Shown: positions 24,874 to 34,300 of the stretch, piece after piece
Position numbering within the stretch: the stretch's first letter is position 1
Layout: the number at the start of each line of letters is the position of its first letter
The notes under the pieces: model-generated
What the model saw: only the letters and a program-made list of their open reading frames with translations
What the model was told of the DNA's origin: nothing
Database searches by the model: none
Assembly (NCBI GenBank): GCA_038231135.1
Contig: JBBRLX010000011.1
Location: 48,443 to 112,442, forward strand
From: Candidatus Eiseniibacteriota bacterium
GTDB lineage: Bacteria > Eisenbacteria > RBG-16-71-46
Reading direction: 5' to 3'
DNA: 64,000 bases
Program-made: the position numbers and the translations under genes

Positions 24874-25496
24874 CGCGGGGTCCGCGCGGCGGCGCCGGCG
24901 ACGGCCAGATCGACGCACGCGTGCAGGTGGCGCACGCCGGCGTGGCCGCTCTTCTCGGGGTGGAACTGGACGCCGAGCACGCCCCCCGCGCGCACCGACG
25001 CCGCGAACCGGTCGGACTCGTGGGTCGTCCAGGCCGTCACGATCCCGGGATCGGCGGGCCGGCACACGAAGCTGTGGGCGTAGTACACGAACTCGACCGG
25101 CGCCCGGTCGCCTGCGGGGTCGCCGCCCGCGGCGCGCTCCAGTTCGTTCCACCCGATCTGCGGCACGCGCCGGGCCGCGAGGCGCGCGACGTGGCCTGCC
25201 AGGACCCCGAGGCCCTGCCCCAGGCCTTCCTCGCTGTCCTCGAACAGCAACTGCATCCCGAGGCAGATGCCGACGCACGGCAGCCCGCGGGCAATCGCGT
25301 CACGCATGGCGTCGCGCCCGGGCGCGAGCCGGTCCGCGGCGCTCGCGAACGCGCCCACCCCGGGGAGCACCAGCAGGTCGGTGTCGATCGCGGTGCGCGG
25401 ATCCGGCTCGATGCGCACCGTGTGCCCGCCCTGGGCGAGCGCCTTCTCGAGCGAGTGAAGGTTGCCCGCGCCGTAGTCGAACACCGTGATGTTCAC
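24870..25496 (-). CDS. hisH: Imidazole glycerol phosphate synthase, glutamine amidotransferase subunit
   Basis: DYGAGNLHS, LPGVGAF, GICLGMQLL, QFHPEKS. GTG start overlaps the upstream stop. Confidence 0.95.
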   Translation of the reverse strand: MNITVFDYGAGNLHSLEKALAQGGHTVRIEPDPRTAIDTDLLVLPGVGAFASAADRLAPGRDAMRDAIARGLPCVGICLGMQLLFEDSEEGLGQGLGVLAGHVARLAARRVPQIGWNELERAAGGDPAGDRAPVEFVYYAHSFVCRPADPGIVTAWTTHESDRFAASVRAGGVLGVQFHPEKSGHAGVRHLHACVDLAVAGAAARTPR

Positions 25497-28144
25497 GACC
25501 GGCCCTCGGTTCCGAGTCCCAACTCGCTGGCCAGCGCATCCAGCGTGTCGAGCACGCGGCGCATGGTGGCGCGCCGGCCGATCGTGATGCGCAGCGCGTC
25601 GCCGACGCCGTGCAGCGCCGCGAACGGCCGCGCGGCCACGCCGCGGTCGCGCAGCGTCCGGTTCGCGTGCGCCGCGTCGCGCACCGGCACCAGCACGAAA
25701 TTCGCCTCGGACTTGGGCACCGCGATGCCGCGGTCGCGCAGCTGGCGTGTGAACCATGCGCGATTGCGGCGCACCGCGAGCACGGAGCGGGTGACCCAGT
25801 CGAGCCCGTCGTCGAGCGCCGCGACGCCCGCGCGCTCCGCCCCCGCGCCGACCTTGAACGGCCCCCGGGACTTGGCGACGGCCTCGGCGATGGCGGCGTC
25901 GGCGACGCCGTAGCCGACCCGGAGGCCCGCGAGCCCGAACGCCTTGGACAGCGTGCGCACCACGAGCAGCCGCGGCGCGCGCGGAATCGCAGCCCCGAGC
26001 CGGGCCGCGGGCGCCGCTGCCGGCGCGCCCGCCGCCGGCGCCACGAACTCCGCGTAGGCCTGATCGAGGATCACGAGCCCCGGCGCGTTCCGCACGATGC
26101 GATCGAACGTCGCGTCCCGCAGGCGCGTGCCGGTGGGATTGTTGGGCGAGCACAGATAGATCACGCGGGCGCCGGTGGCGAGCAGCGCGTCGGCGTCGGC
26201 GTCGAAATCCGCGCCCAGCGGTACCGCCACGGGCTCGAGTCCGTTCATGCGCGCGAACGCGGGCACCATGGTGAACGTCGGATCCATGTAGGCCACGCGT
26301 TCGCCCGGCGCCGCAAACGCCCGCAGCGCCGAATCGATCACGTCGTCGGAGCCGCAGCCGGTGACGATTTCGCCGGCCTGGGCGCCGGTGTAGCGGGCGA
26401 GCGCCTCGCGCAGCCCGTCGGAGTACACCGACGGATACCGCGACACGGCGTCGTGGCTCGCGGCGCGAAGCACGCGCCGCGCCGCCGGGGCAGCGCCGAA
26501 CGCATTGGTGTTGTCGCTGAGGTCGATCTCGCACGGCAGCCGGCCGGGCGCGTAGAGCTGGATCGAGTCGAAGATCGCTCGCGCACCCGGCCCACCGGGG
26601 GCTTCGGAGGTAGTGGGTGCGCCGTGTCCGCTGGCGTTCGCGTTCGAGCCTCGCGGCGTCGCCGCGTCCGTCGCGGCCCCCGTGCCCGCCACGGCGGCCC
26701 CCGGGCCTGTCGCAGCGGCCTGTGCGGCTGCGGCGTGTCCCGGCAGACCCTCGGCGCCCGCGAACGTGACCACGTCCGCTGCGAGCCGCGCCGCGGCGTT
26801 GCGGTCGATGCGCTGCCAGGTGGTGAACCGCAGGCAGTCGAGCACCGACAATCCGGAGAACGCGCGCGCGAAGCCGCCGGTCGGCAGCACGTGGTTGGCG
26901 CCGGTCAGGTAGTCGCCGAACGCCACCGACGCGCCGTCGCCGAGCAGCACCGTGCCCGCATGACGCACCTGCGCGAGCGCGGCCCCGGCATCCGCCACCG
27001 CGAGCAGCAGGTGCTCGGGCGCGAACGCGTTCGCGAACTCGATCGCCGCGGCGCGGGACGTGGCCGCGAGCACGCCGCCACGCCCGGCGAGTGCCAGCGC
27101 CGTCACCGCCCGGCGCTCCGCGTACGCGGGGTCGGACGCGAGCCGGGTCGCGAGGGCGCGCTCGACGGCCGCGGCCTCGAGGCCGTCGAGCACCAGCGCG
27201 ATCGCACACGCGAGCGGGTCGTGCTCGGCCTGCGCGAGCAGTTCGGCCGCCACGCGGTCGGGGTCGGCCGTGCCGTCGGCGATCACCAGGATCTCGCTCG
27301 GGCCGGCCGGCGAATCGATCGCGACCGTGCTCGACACCGCGAGCTTGGCCTCCGCCACCCACGCGTTGCCGGGGCCGACGATGCGGTCGACGCGCGGCAC
27401 GGTCGCGGTGCCGTATGCCATCGCGCCGATCGCGCCGGAGCCGCCCAGCGCGAACACCCGGTCGACGCCCGCGATCGCGGCGGCGGCGAGCACGGCGGCC
27501 GCCGGGCGGCCGGACCGGTCGGGCGGGGAGCACAGCACGATCTCGCCGACGCCCGCGACGCGCGCGGGCACGGCGGCCATGAGCACGCTGCTGGGGTAGC
27601 TCGCGCGGCCGCCCGGCGCATAGATGCCGAGGCGCGCGAGCGGATCGGCGCGGCGCCCCAGCGTGACGCCGGGCTCGGTCGTGACCTCGAGCGGCGGCGG
27701 GAGCTGCGCGCGATGGAACGTCGCCAGGTTGCGCGCGGCGCGCTCGAGCGCCTGCCGCAGGCCGGGATCGAGTGCCGCGAGCGCGGCCGCGCACGCGTCG
27801 CGGGGCACCTCGATCGCCGCGAGCGTCACGTGATCGAATTGCTGTGCCAGTTCGAGCAGCGCCACGTCGCCGTCGCCGCGCACGCGGGCGAGGATCGCCG
27901 CGACTTCGCCCCGAATGCGTTCGAGCGCCGGATCAGCCGCGGGGCGTCCGCGATCGAGCAGCTCCCGGCGATCGGTCTCGGACAGCGCCGCGAGCGCGCC
28001 GGTGAAGCGCAGCGTCACCGCCGCGCCGGGCGTGCCGGGACCGCCGTTGCTCGCGGCATCCGTCGTCCCCTCGAGCCCACTCACGGCATGAGCCGTCCTC
28101 TCGAGCCCACTCACGGCATGAGCCGTCCTCTCGAGCCGACTCAC
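25493..28144 (-). CDS. hisD: Histidinol dehydrogenase fused in frame to histidinol-phosphate aminotransferase (HisD-HisC)
   Basis: HisD motifs (PGGRASYPSS, GPGN, AGPSE, QAEHD, APEHL, GANHVLPT), then a ~45-aa Ala/Gly/Thr linker, then HisC motifs (DLSDNTN, LCSPNNPTG, DQAY, RTLSKAFGLAGLRVGY) with no stop. Start may be 28144 or 28018. Confidence 0.9.
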   Translation of the reverse strand: MSRLERTAHAVSGLERTAHAVSGLEGTTDAASNGGPGTPGAAVTLRFTGALAALSETDRRELLDRGRPAADPALERIRGEVAAILARVRGDGDVALLELAQQFDHVTLAAIEVPRDACAAALAALDPGLRQALERAARNLATFHRAQLPPPLEVTTEPGVTLGRRADPLARLGIYAPGGRASYPSSVLMAAVPARVAGVGEIVLCSPPDRSGRPAAAVLAAAAIAGVDRVFALGGSGAIGAMAYGTATVPRVDRIVGPGNAWVAEAKLAVSSTVAIDSPAGPSEILVIADGTADPDRVAAELLAQAEHDPLACAIALVLDGLEAAAVERALATRLASDPAYAERRAVTALALAGRGGVLAATSRAAAIEFANAFAPEHLLLAVADAGAALAQVRHAGTVLLGDGASVAFGDYLTGANHVLPTGGFARAFSGLSVLDCLRFTTWQRIDRNAAARLAADVVTFAGAEGLPGHAAAAQAAATGPGAAVAGTGAATDAATPRGSNANASGHGAPTTSEAPGGPGARAIFDSIQLYAPGRLPCEIDLSDNTNAFGAAPAARRVLRAASHDAVSRYPSVYSDGLREALARYTGAQAGEIVTGCGSDDVIDSALRAFAAPGERVAYMDPTFTMVPAFARMNGLEPVAVPLGADFDADADALLATGARVIYLCSPNNPTGTRLRDATFDRIVRNAPGLVILDQAYAEFVAPAAGAPAAAPAARLGAAIPRAPRLLVVRTLSKAFGLAGLRVGYGVADAAIAEAVAKSRGPFKVGAGAERAGVAALDDGLDWVTRSVLAVRRNRAWFTRQLRDRGIAVPKSEANFVLVPVRDAAHANRTLRDRGVAARPFAALHGVGDALRITIGRRATMRRVLDTLDALASELGLGTEGRS

Positions 28145-28160
28145 GGCATGAGCCGTTCGA
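28071..28160. repeat. Three tandem 30-bp repeats spanning the hisG stop / hisD start junction
   Basis: TCGAGCCCACTCACGGCATGAGCCGTCCTC twice exactly, plus TCGAGCCGACTCACGGCATGAGCCGTTCGA. Confidence 0.95.
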
Positions 28161-29007
28161 TGCGCGTCACGAGGATGCCCTCGGCGCCGAGCGCCTTGAG
28201 GTCGGCGATCGTGCGGTAGATGCCGGCGGCGGGCACCACCGCGTGCACGGCCACCGTGTCGCCGCCGTTAAGGATGTCCACCACGGTGGGCCCGTTGAGG
28301 CCGGGCAGCACCTTGCGGATCGCGTCCAGCGCCGCGCGCGGCACGTTGGCCATGAGGTAGCGCTTGCCGCGGGCGCGCAACACCGAGGTCAAAGCGCCCG
28401 TCAGCTCGTCCAGCGCGCGCGCCTTGTCGGATCCCGCCGGGTGCCCCGCGCTCGCGGTGACGAGCTGGGCGGTGGATTCGAAGATCGTGGCGATCTCGCG
28501 CAGGCCGTTCACGCGCAGCGTGGAGCCGGTCGAGGTCAGGTCCACGACCACGTCCGCGACGCCGAGATGCGGCGCCACCTCGGTCGCCCCGCTGACGGGC
28601 ACGATGTCGACGCGGCGGCCGAGCTGCTCGAAGTACCGGCGCGTCACCTGCGGGAACGAGGTGGCCACCCGCGGAAACTCGGGCAGCTCCTCCACCGCGC
28701 GCACCGCGCTGTCGTCGCGCGTGGCCACCACCATCCGGCAGCGACCGAAGCCCAGGTCCATCCGGGTCTCGACCGCGCACTCGGACTCCTTCACCAGGTC
28801 GCGGCCGGTGACGCCTGCGTCGGCGGCGCCGTCGGCGACGAAGATCGGAATGTCCTGGGCGCGCACGAACAGCGCCTGGAACTCACCGCCGAGCGAGGCG
28901 GTCAGCGCGCGGTCGTTCTGGATGCGCACATCGAGCCCCGCGTCCTCGAACAGCTCGCGGGTTTCGTCGGCGAGCCGACCCTTGTTCGGCAGCGCGATCT
29001 TCAGCAT
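28141..29007 (-). CDS. hisG: ATP phosphoribosyltransferase, long form
   Basis: MLKIALPNKGRL, VRAQDIP, GATEVAP, DLTSTGSTL and the C-terminal regulatory domain. AGGAG RBS. Confidence 0.97.
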   Translation of the reverse strand: MLKIALPNKGRLADETRELFEDAGLDVRIQNDRALTASLGGEFQALFVRAQDIPIFVADGAADAGVTGRDLVKESECAVETRMDLGFGRCRMVVATRDDSAVRAVEELPEFPRVATSFPQVTRRYFEQLGRRVDIVPVSGATEVAPHLGVADVVVDLTSTGSTLRVNGLREIATIFESTAQLVTASAGHPAGSDKARALDELTGALTSVLRARGKRYLMANVPRAALDAIRKVLPGLNGPTVVDILNGGDTVAVHAVVPAAGIYRTIADLKALGAEGILVTRIERLMP

Positions 29008-29058
29008 TTCAAATCTCCTCGCACCGGCGTGGCCGCCGGAGTGATGGGGTGGCGCGGA

Positions 29059-29092
29059 CAAACAAAAACGACCCGTCCTTGAGGACGAGCCG
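29059..29092 (-). terminator. his attenuator terminator
   Basis: Minus strand CGGCTCGTCCT-CA-AGGACGGGTCG stem followed by TTTTTGTTT, between the leader peptide and hisG. Confidence 0.85.
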
Positions 29093-29129
29093 TGGAGTTC
29101 GCGGTGGTGCCGGAGTTCGTTGCGGTGGA

Positions 29130-29210
29130 TCAGCCGGCCGAGCGCGCACGTCCAGGGCCCGTCGGGCCGTGGCTGCGATGCTCATGATGATGCCGGTGGA
29201 TCGTGCGCAT
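29130..29210 (-). CDS. hisL: his operon leader peptide MRTIHRHHHEHRSHGPTGPGRARSAG
   Basis: Manual translation: 26 aa with 6 His in residues 5-14, upstream of a terminator and hisG. Not in the ORF track. Confidence 0.85.
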   Translation of the reverse strand: MRTIHRHHHEHRSHGPTGPGRARSAG

Positions 29211-29216
29211 GCATGG

Positions 29217-29245
29217 ACTGTAGACGGCCCTCCCCCGGGCGTCAA
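29217..29245 (-). promoter_or_regulatory. Sigma70 promoter of the his operon
   Basis: TTGACG-17 bp-TACAGT. The predicted +1 falls on the leader ATG at 29210. Confidence 0.75.
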
Positions 29246-31158
29246 CGCTCAAATGCCGCGAGACCCCCGGAAATAGCGTGAATTCCCGGGGAATCCAGCC
29301 TCAGGGTCTCGACCGTGCGGGCCGGGGCCAAAGGCGCGGCGGGCGGCGGGAACACGATGTCGCGGGCCGGACCGCGCAGTTCGACTCGCAGCGAGTCCTC
29401 GGGCGGCAGCCGGGACGGGTCGAGCCAGCCCTTGGCCACCATGGCGCGGCCGATGAAGTGCATCTGCGCCCGTTCGAACGGCCGCAGCGTCCCCGTGGCA
29501 TCGAACCGGCCGCGCCAGCGGGTGGGTGCGGGCACGATGGTCGTGAGGAACAGCGCCTCGTCCACGGTGACCCGCCCGGCGTCGTGGCCGAAGTAGTAGG
29601 TCGTCGCCTCGTCGGCCCCGTGAACGTCCGGCCCCCACTCGATGATGTTCAGGTAGATCTCGAGCAGTCGCCGCTTGGACACGCCGGTCAGGTGCTCGAG
29701 GATCCACGCCAGCACCACCTCCTGCATCTTGCGCGACAGCGTGCGCGCGTGGCCGAGCCACAGGTTGCGGGCGAGCTGCATGGTGATCGTGCCCGCGCCG
29801 CGCCGGTAGGCGCCCGCCCGCACGTTCTCGGCGATCGATTGCCGCACCGCCTCGGGATTGAACCCGCGGTGGTGGAAGAAGCCGCCGTCCTCGTTCGTGA
29901 CGACGGCGTACACCAGCAGCGAGTCGATGCGGTCGAGGCTGCGGAAGTGCGGGTTCGCGTCGTTGAGCGCGCGCGTCACCCGCCGGTCGTGCGGCAGGTG
30001 GATCGTCGCGATGAACGGCGCGTCGAGCGACGTCAGGCCGAGCCGCGTGCGGTCACCGTCGAGCGCGAGTCCGTGCGGGATCACGTCGGCGTGGAAGTCG
30101 ACGCTGTCGGGACGCGCGAGGTCGAGATCGAAATGCAGCCGGTAGTCGAACGTGCCGCGCACCGACACCCGCAGCAGGGGCCCCAGCATCGATGGCGGCA
30201 GGCTCGCGTGCACCTGATCCTCGCCGATGCCGTCGGCGGCGAGGTCCAGCTCCACCCGCGGCCCGCGCCGCCACACCGACCCGCTCGCCCGGAGCGGCAA
30301 CGATCCCACGGTGATCCGCGTGTCCGCGCCCAGCCGGACGATGTCATGGGCGCGATCCTGCTCGACCCGGCCCGCGATGCGCAGCGTGAGCGTGTCGGGC
30401 GTCTCGGTGTACGGCCGCGGCACCAGCAGCCGGGCACTGCCGTCGAGACGGTCGTCCGCGCCGTAGTCGAACGCCGCCTCGAACGGCTGCACCTGCTCGG
30501 AGCGCAGCCGGCCCCGGATCCGCAGTCGCGTGCGCGGGCCCGACGGCGCGACCGTCAGCGAATCGACCGCGATGCCGGTGCCGTCGCCGCCGCCCGCCCC
30601 GATCAGCACGAGGTCGGTGATGTCGAGGCGGGGCAGCCGCCGCGCGGGCAGCAGCAGCATCCGCACCAGTTGATCGGCGGAGCGCCTGAGACGCGCGGCC
30701 CGCTCGGGATCGGCGGTGCGCTGCGGGCGGCCACGCGGGGGCGGGGGCGGGTCGTCGTCGAGAGTGTCGGCTGCGGCGCGGCGATGCAGCGCGATGCGCG
30801 CGCCGTCGAGCCGGATTGCGCCGGGGCGGGGATGGAGCGTGAGCACCGACAGCGGCGCCACCGTCAGCTCGAGGTCGCGGATCGTGGCCGCCGTGTCGCC
30901 GCCCGCGTTGCGCAGCACCAGGGAATCCGCCCGCACCGCGAGCCAGCCGGTCCAGCGCAGCGACGCCCAGGACGCGGTGAGCCCGCGTTGCGCGGCGGCG
31001 GATTCGAGCCGGGCCGCGAGCACGCGGTCGGCGACCGGTCGCGCGACCACGAGGCCGGCCAGCACGACCGCGGCGAGCGCCGGCAGCACGAGCCGCGCGC
31101 GGCCGCTGGGCCGGCGCCGGAGCGGGGCGCCGGGGATCGCCTCGGTGGTGGGACTCAT
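29242..31158 (-). CDS. Monofunctional biosynthetic peptidoglycan transglycosylase (GT51) with an AsmA-like N-region
   Basis: NEDGGFFHHRGF, GAGTITMQLARNL, RKMQE, KRRLLEIYLNIIEWG; N-terminal TM anchor; no transpeptidase domain. Confidence 0.85.
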   Translation of the reverse strand: MSPTTEAIPGAPLRRRPSGRARLVLPALAAVVLAGLVVARPVADRVLAARLESAAAQRGLTASWASLRWTGWLAVRADSLVLRNAGGDTAATIRDLELTVAPLSVLTLHPRPGAIRLDGARIALHRRAAADTLDDDPPPPPRGRPQRTADPERAARLRRSADQLVRMLLLPARRLPRLDITDLVLIGAGGGDGTGIAVDSLTVAPSGPRTRLRIRGRLRSEQVQPFEAAFDYGADDRLDGSARLLVPRPYTETPDTLTLRIAGRVEQDRAHDIVRLGADTRITVGSLPLRASGSVWRRGPRVELDLAADGIGEDQVHASLPPSMLGPLLRVSVRGTFDYRLHFDLDLARPDSVDFHADVIPHGLALDGDRTRLGLTSLDAPFIATIHLPHDRRVTRALNDANPHFRSLDRIDSLLVYAVVTNEDGGFFHHRGFNPEAVRQSIAENVRAGAYRRGAGTITMQLARNLWLGHARTLSRKMQEVVLAWILEHLTGVSKRRLLEIYLNIIEWGPDVHGADEATTYYFGHDAGRVTVDEALFLTTIVPAPTRWRGRFDATGTLRPFERAQMHFIGRAMVAKGWLDPSRLPPEDSLRVELRGPARDIVFPPPAAPLAPARTVETLRLDSPGIHAISGGLAAFER

Positions 31159-31243
31159 GTGGCCAGACCGCGCACGTCGATCAGAATCATGGCCGCCATC
31201 TTACGACGGCGGCCATGGGGACCGAATCGCGATCGCTAAGGTC

Positions 31244-32161
31244 TCAGGCGACGGGCGTGCTCCGCGTATCCAGGAATTCGATGTCGAGCTGTCCCACCTC
31301 GTCGAGGAACGACGTGTGGCGCGGCGTCCAGCCGAGCTCGAGGTGCGCGCGGTCGGAGCTCAGACGCTGGCTCGCGAGCAGCGCCCGGCCACGGAGCCCG
31401 GACTGCTTCAATACGTCGGCAGCGTCCTGCGACCGGGCCTGCACGCCGGTGGTGGTGGCGATTGCCGTGGCGATCTGTCGCGCGGTCGCCGGGGCGCCGT
31501 CGGTGAGCAGATAGCGTTCACCGCCGTTCGCGCGCTCGAGCGCCCGCAGATACGCCTCGGCCACGTCGTCGCGATGAATCAGGCTCCAATACTGGGCGCC
31601 GGTGCCGGGATAGTGCACGACGTTCTGCTCATGGGCTTCGGCGAACATCGCGCCCACGATGCCCCCCGCGCCGCCATAGACGATCGCCGGCCGCAATACC
31701 ACCACCTTGAGGTCGTGCTCGCTCAGGTCGAGCGCCACGTCTTCGTGCGCGGCGCGCCACCGCACCAGGTCGAGCGGATTGAGCTCGGAGGCTTCGTTCT
31801 TCACCGCGTCGCCGGTGTCGCCGTGCACCCATGCGTTGCTGGTGTAGAGGAACCGGCGCACGCGTCCGTCCATCGCGCCGAGCCGCACGGCTTCGAGCGC
31901 CCGCTGATCCTGGCGCACCACGTCCGTCGGGTCGAGCGCGACATGGATCGCTGCGTCGCAATTCTTGAGTGCCGCCATGAACGTGTCGGGCTTCGCCAGC
32001 GAGCCGAGCACAGGATGAATCCCGGCCGCTGCCAGCACGCCCGCACGGTCGGACACGCGGGTGAGCCCGAACACCTGGTAGCCCGCGCGCGCCAGCCGGG
32101 TGGCGATTGCGCCGCCCAGGTAGCCGGTGACTCCGGTCACGAACACTTTTTCCGACGACAT
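31244..32161 (-). CDS. NAD-dependent epimerase/dehydratase family protein (atypical SDR)
   Basis: KVFVTGVTGYLGG, LRPAIVYG, IHRDDVA. Confidence 0.85.
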   Translation of the reverse strand: MSSEKVFVTGVTGYLGGAIATRLARAGYQVFGLTRVSDRAGVLAAAGIHPVLGSLAKPDTFMAALKNCDAAIHVALDPTDVVRQDQRALEAVRLGAMDGRVRRFLYTSNAWVHGDTGDAVKNEASELNPLDLVRWRAAHEDVALDLSEHDLKVVVLRPAIVYGGAGGIVGAMFAEAHEQNVVHYPGTGAQYWSLIHRDDVAEAYLRALERANGGERYLLTDGAPATARQIATAIATTTGVQARSQDAADVLKQSGLRGRALLASQRLSSDRAHLELGWTPRHTSFLDEVGQLDIEFLDTRSTPVA

Positions 32162-32304
32162 GATGGCTCTGCCTTCCGTTTCGTGCGTCGCCCGTCGTCG
32201 CGTTCGCGACTCTGGGCGCGAAATGGCTCCGCACCACCGGCGGTGCATCCCGCCGGCCCCGCTCGGTCGGATTCGACACCGTCGAGCGCCTGAATCTGAA
32301 CCAT

Positions 32305-32320
32305 TGCAATTCACATTCCA
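32305..32320 (-). promoter_or_regulatory. Possible sigma54 -24/-12 promoter for the epimerase
   Basis: Minus strand TGGAATGTGAATTGCA has GG-N10-GC spacing, in an AT-richer intergenic region. Confidence 0.4.
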
Positions 32321-32498
32321 CAACGCGGCGCCGCACGATTTCAAGGGTTTCGGGCGCGCTCGCGCACTATTAGGATGTATTGAACGGGCACACGATCCGC
32401 ATCGACCGTGCATCGCGCATCCAAGAACGCGAATCGGCCCAATCCACAACGAGCGTTGTCAGGACCGTGTGCGGCAGGGCGACCCGCGTTCGCGCCCG

Positions 32499-32864
32499 TC
32501 AAACGCCGCGATACGTGCAGCGCGCGGTGCAGGTCTCGGCGACGGTGATCGCAACGACATTGGGCAGGATGGGTGTCAGCTCTTGCCACAACCAGACGCA
32601 CAACCGCTCGGACGTCGGGTTCTCGAGCCCGGGCACGTCGTTCAGCGTGCGATGATCGAGCCGGCTCTTGAGCAACGGTTCCACGGCGGCGGTGACGTCG
32701 GCGAAGTCCACGAGCCAGCCCATCACAGGATCGATCTCGCCGTTCAGCGCCACCTCGACGCGAAACGAATGTCCGTGCATGCGCGCGCACTTGTGATCGG
32801 GCGGCACCATGGGCAGCCGGTGGGCGGCTTCGAACGTGAATTCGCGGGTCAACTCGATGCGCAT
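32499..32864 (-). CDS. queD: 6-carboxy-5,6,7,8-tetrahydropterin synthase
   Basis: FEAAHRLP, CARMHGHS, LDHRTLN, ENPTSE. Confidence 0.95.
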   Translation of the reverse strand: MRIELTREFTFEAAHRLPMVPPDHKCARMHGHSFRVEVALNGEIDPVMGWLVDFADVTAAVEPLLKSRLDHRTLNDVPGLENPTSERLCVWLWQELTPILPNVVAITVAETCTARCTYRGV

Positions 32865-32897
32865 CGCGGTCTCCGTGGGAATCAGGGGCCGCGGCGG

Positions 32898-33605
32898 TCA
32901 ACCGCCGGGCGTGGATGGACCCCCAGCATACCGGATGGGATCGGGAATGCCCGCGCGCCGGAAGCCGTCCAGTCGCAGGCGGCAGGCATCGCAGCGCCCG
33001 CACGCGTCGCCGCGCGCGTCGGGGTCGTAGCAGGTGTGCGTGAGCGAGAAGTCGACGCCCAGGTCCATCCCCAGCTTCACGATCGCGGCCTTGTCGAGCT
33101 CCATGAGCGGCGTGCGCACGTGGAACTCGCCGCCCTCGACGCCGGCGCGCGTGGCGACACGGGCGAGCGTCTCGAACGCGCGCACGAACTCCGGCCGGCA
33201 GTCGGGATAACCCGAATAGTCCACGGCGTTCATGCCGGCGACCAGGTCGAACGCGCCCAGCACCTCGGCCCAGCCCAGCGCCACCGCCAGGAACACGGTA
33301 TTGCGTGCGGGCACGTAGGTGACCGGAATGTCGGCGGCCATGCGGCCGGCATCGCGATCGCGGGGCACGTCGATGGCCGCGGTGAGCGCCGAGCCGCCGA
33401 TCGCCCGCAGGTCCACGCTCACCTCACGATGCTCGGCGGCGCCCAGCGCGGCCGACACGCGGCGCGCGGCGGCGAGCTCGCCGCGATGCCGCTGGCCGTA
33501 GTCGAACGCCAGCGTGTGGCAGGTGAAGCCGCGCGCGCGGGCCCAGGCGAGGCAGATGGTGGAATCGAGTCCGCCCGACAGCAGCACGACCGCCGGAGCC
33601 GGCAT
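32898..33605 (-). CDS. queC: 7-cyano-7-deazaguanine synthase
   Basis: [29 protein letters not shown]...CGRCDAC. Confidence 0.96.
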   Translation of the reverse strand: MPAPAVVLLSGGLDSTICLAWARARGFTCHTLAFDYGQRHRGELAAARRVSAALGAAEHREVSVDLRAIGGSALTAAIDVPRDRDAGRMAADIPVTYVPARNTVFLAVALGWAEVLGAFDLVAGMNAVDYSGYPDCRPEFVRAFETLARVATRAGVEGGEFHVRTPLMELDKAAIVKLGMDLGVDFSLTHTCYDPDARGDACGRCDACRLRLDGFRRAGIPDPIRYAGGPSTPGG

Positions 33606-34300
33606 CACACCCCGCGCTTCGGGCCCCACAGCCAGATGTGCAGGCGGGGGCTCAGGCGGAAGCCATGGCTCAGGCAGGTCTGGATCACGAGCGGCGCGTG
33701 GGCGCGCACGGCTTCGTCGGTGAGTCCCTCGGGCATCAGCATCACGCGATCCGCCGGGACGTGATGCTCGGTGAGCAGCCGCAGCGCATCGTCGCGATCG
33801 GCCTCGCTGCCGATCACCAGCTTGAACGTGGCGCCCGGCGCGCGCGACCACGCGTCGGCGTGCCGCCAGGTGTCGGCGGCCTTCGGCGTCACCGACGGCA
33901 GCTTGGGCGACACGTTCCAGAACAGCCGGTCGTGGCTCATGCGCGGCGGCTCGATGCCGCTGGTCTCGACCTCGACGCGCGGCCAGCCCGCCAGCGCGCG
34001 GTCGATCAACGCATAGATGCCGTCGTGCTGGAGCGGCTCGCCGCCGGTGATCACGATCAGCGGCGCCGCGCCCAGCGCGCGCGCCTCGTCCAGCGCATCC
34101 TCGACATTGCTCGCGCGGCCGCCGTGAACGCCCCACGTGTACTTGGAATCGCACCAGTGGCAGCCCACGTCGCAACCCTGGAGCCGCACGAAGTGCGCCG
34201 GCGTCCCCGCCGACGGGCCCTCGCCCTGGATCGACAGGAAACATTCGCTCACGCGGATCGGCACGACGGGATGCTGGGTGGCGAACGGGGACGGGCTCAT
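33605..34300 (-). CDS. queE: 7-carboxy-7-deazaguanine synthase (radical SAM)
   Basis: [28 protein letters not shown]. Confidence 0.95.
   Translation of the reverse strand: MSPSPFATQHPVVPIRVSECFLSIQGEGPSAGTPAHFVRLQGCDVGCHWCDSKYTWGVHGGRASNVEDALDEARALGAAPLIVITGGEPLQHDGIYALIDRALAGWPRVEVETSGIEPPRMSHDRLFWNVSPKLPSVTPKAADTWRHADAWSRAPGATFKLVIGSEADRDDALRLLTEHHVPADRVMLMPEGLTDEAVRAHAPLVIQTCLSHGFRLSPRLHIWLWGPKRGV

Noticed and set aside
24870..27794. 974-aa ORF as a long HisH fusion; similar long N-extensions in the ORF track for hisA, hisB, hisIE, queC, OmpA and the permease
   Set aside because: These are upstream stop-free runs overlapping real genes in other frames; true starts sit at the ATGA/GTGA overlaps.
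28071..28160. 30-bp repeats as a CRISPR array
   Set aside because: The repeats are contiguous with no spacers, and there are no cas genes.
32290..32460. oriC / DnaA boxes (ATTCCACA, AATCCACA)
   Set aside because: Only two matches, each with at least 2 mismatches to TTATCCACA; no AT-rich unwinding element and no dnaA.
32499..34300. dpd DNA-modification defence island
   Set aside because: No dpdA/tgt paralog or dpdB-K genes in the window.
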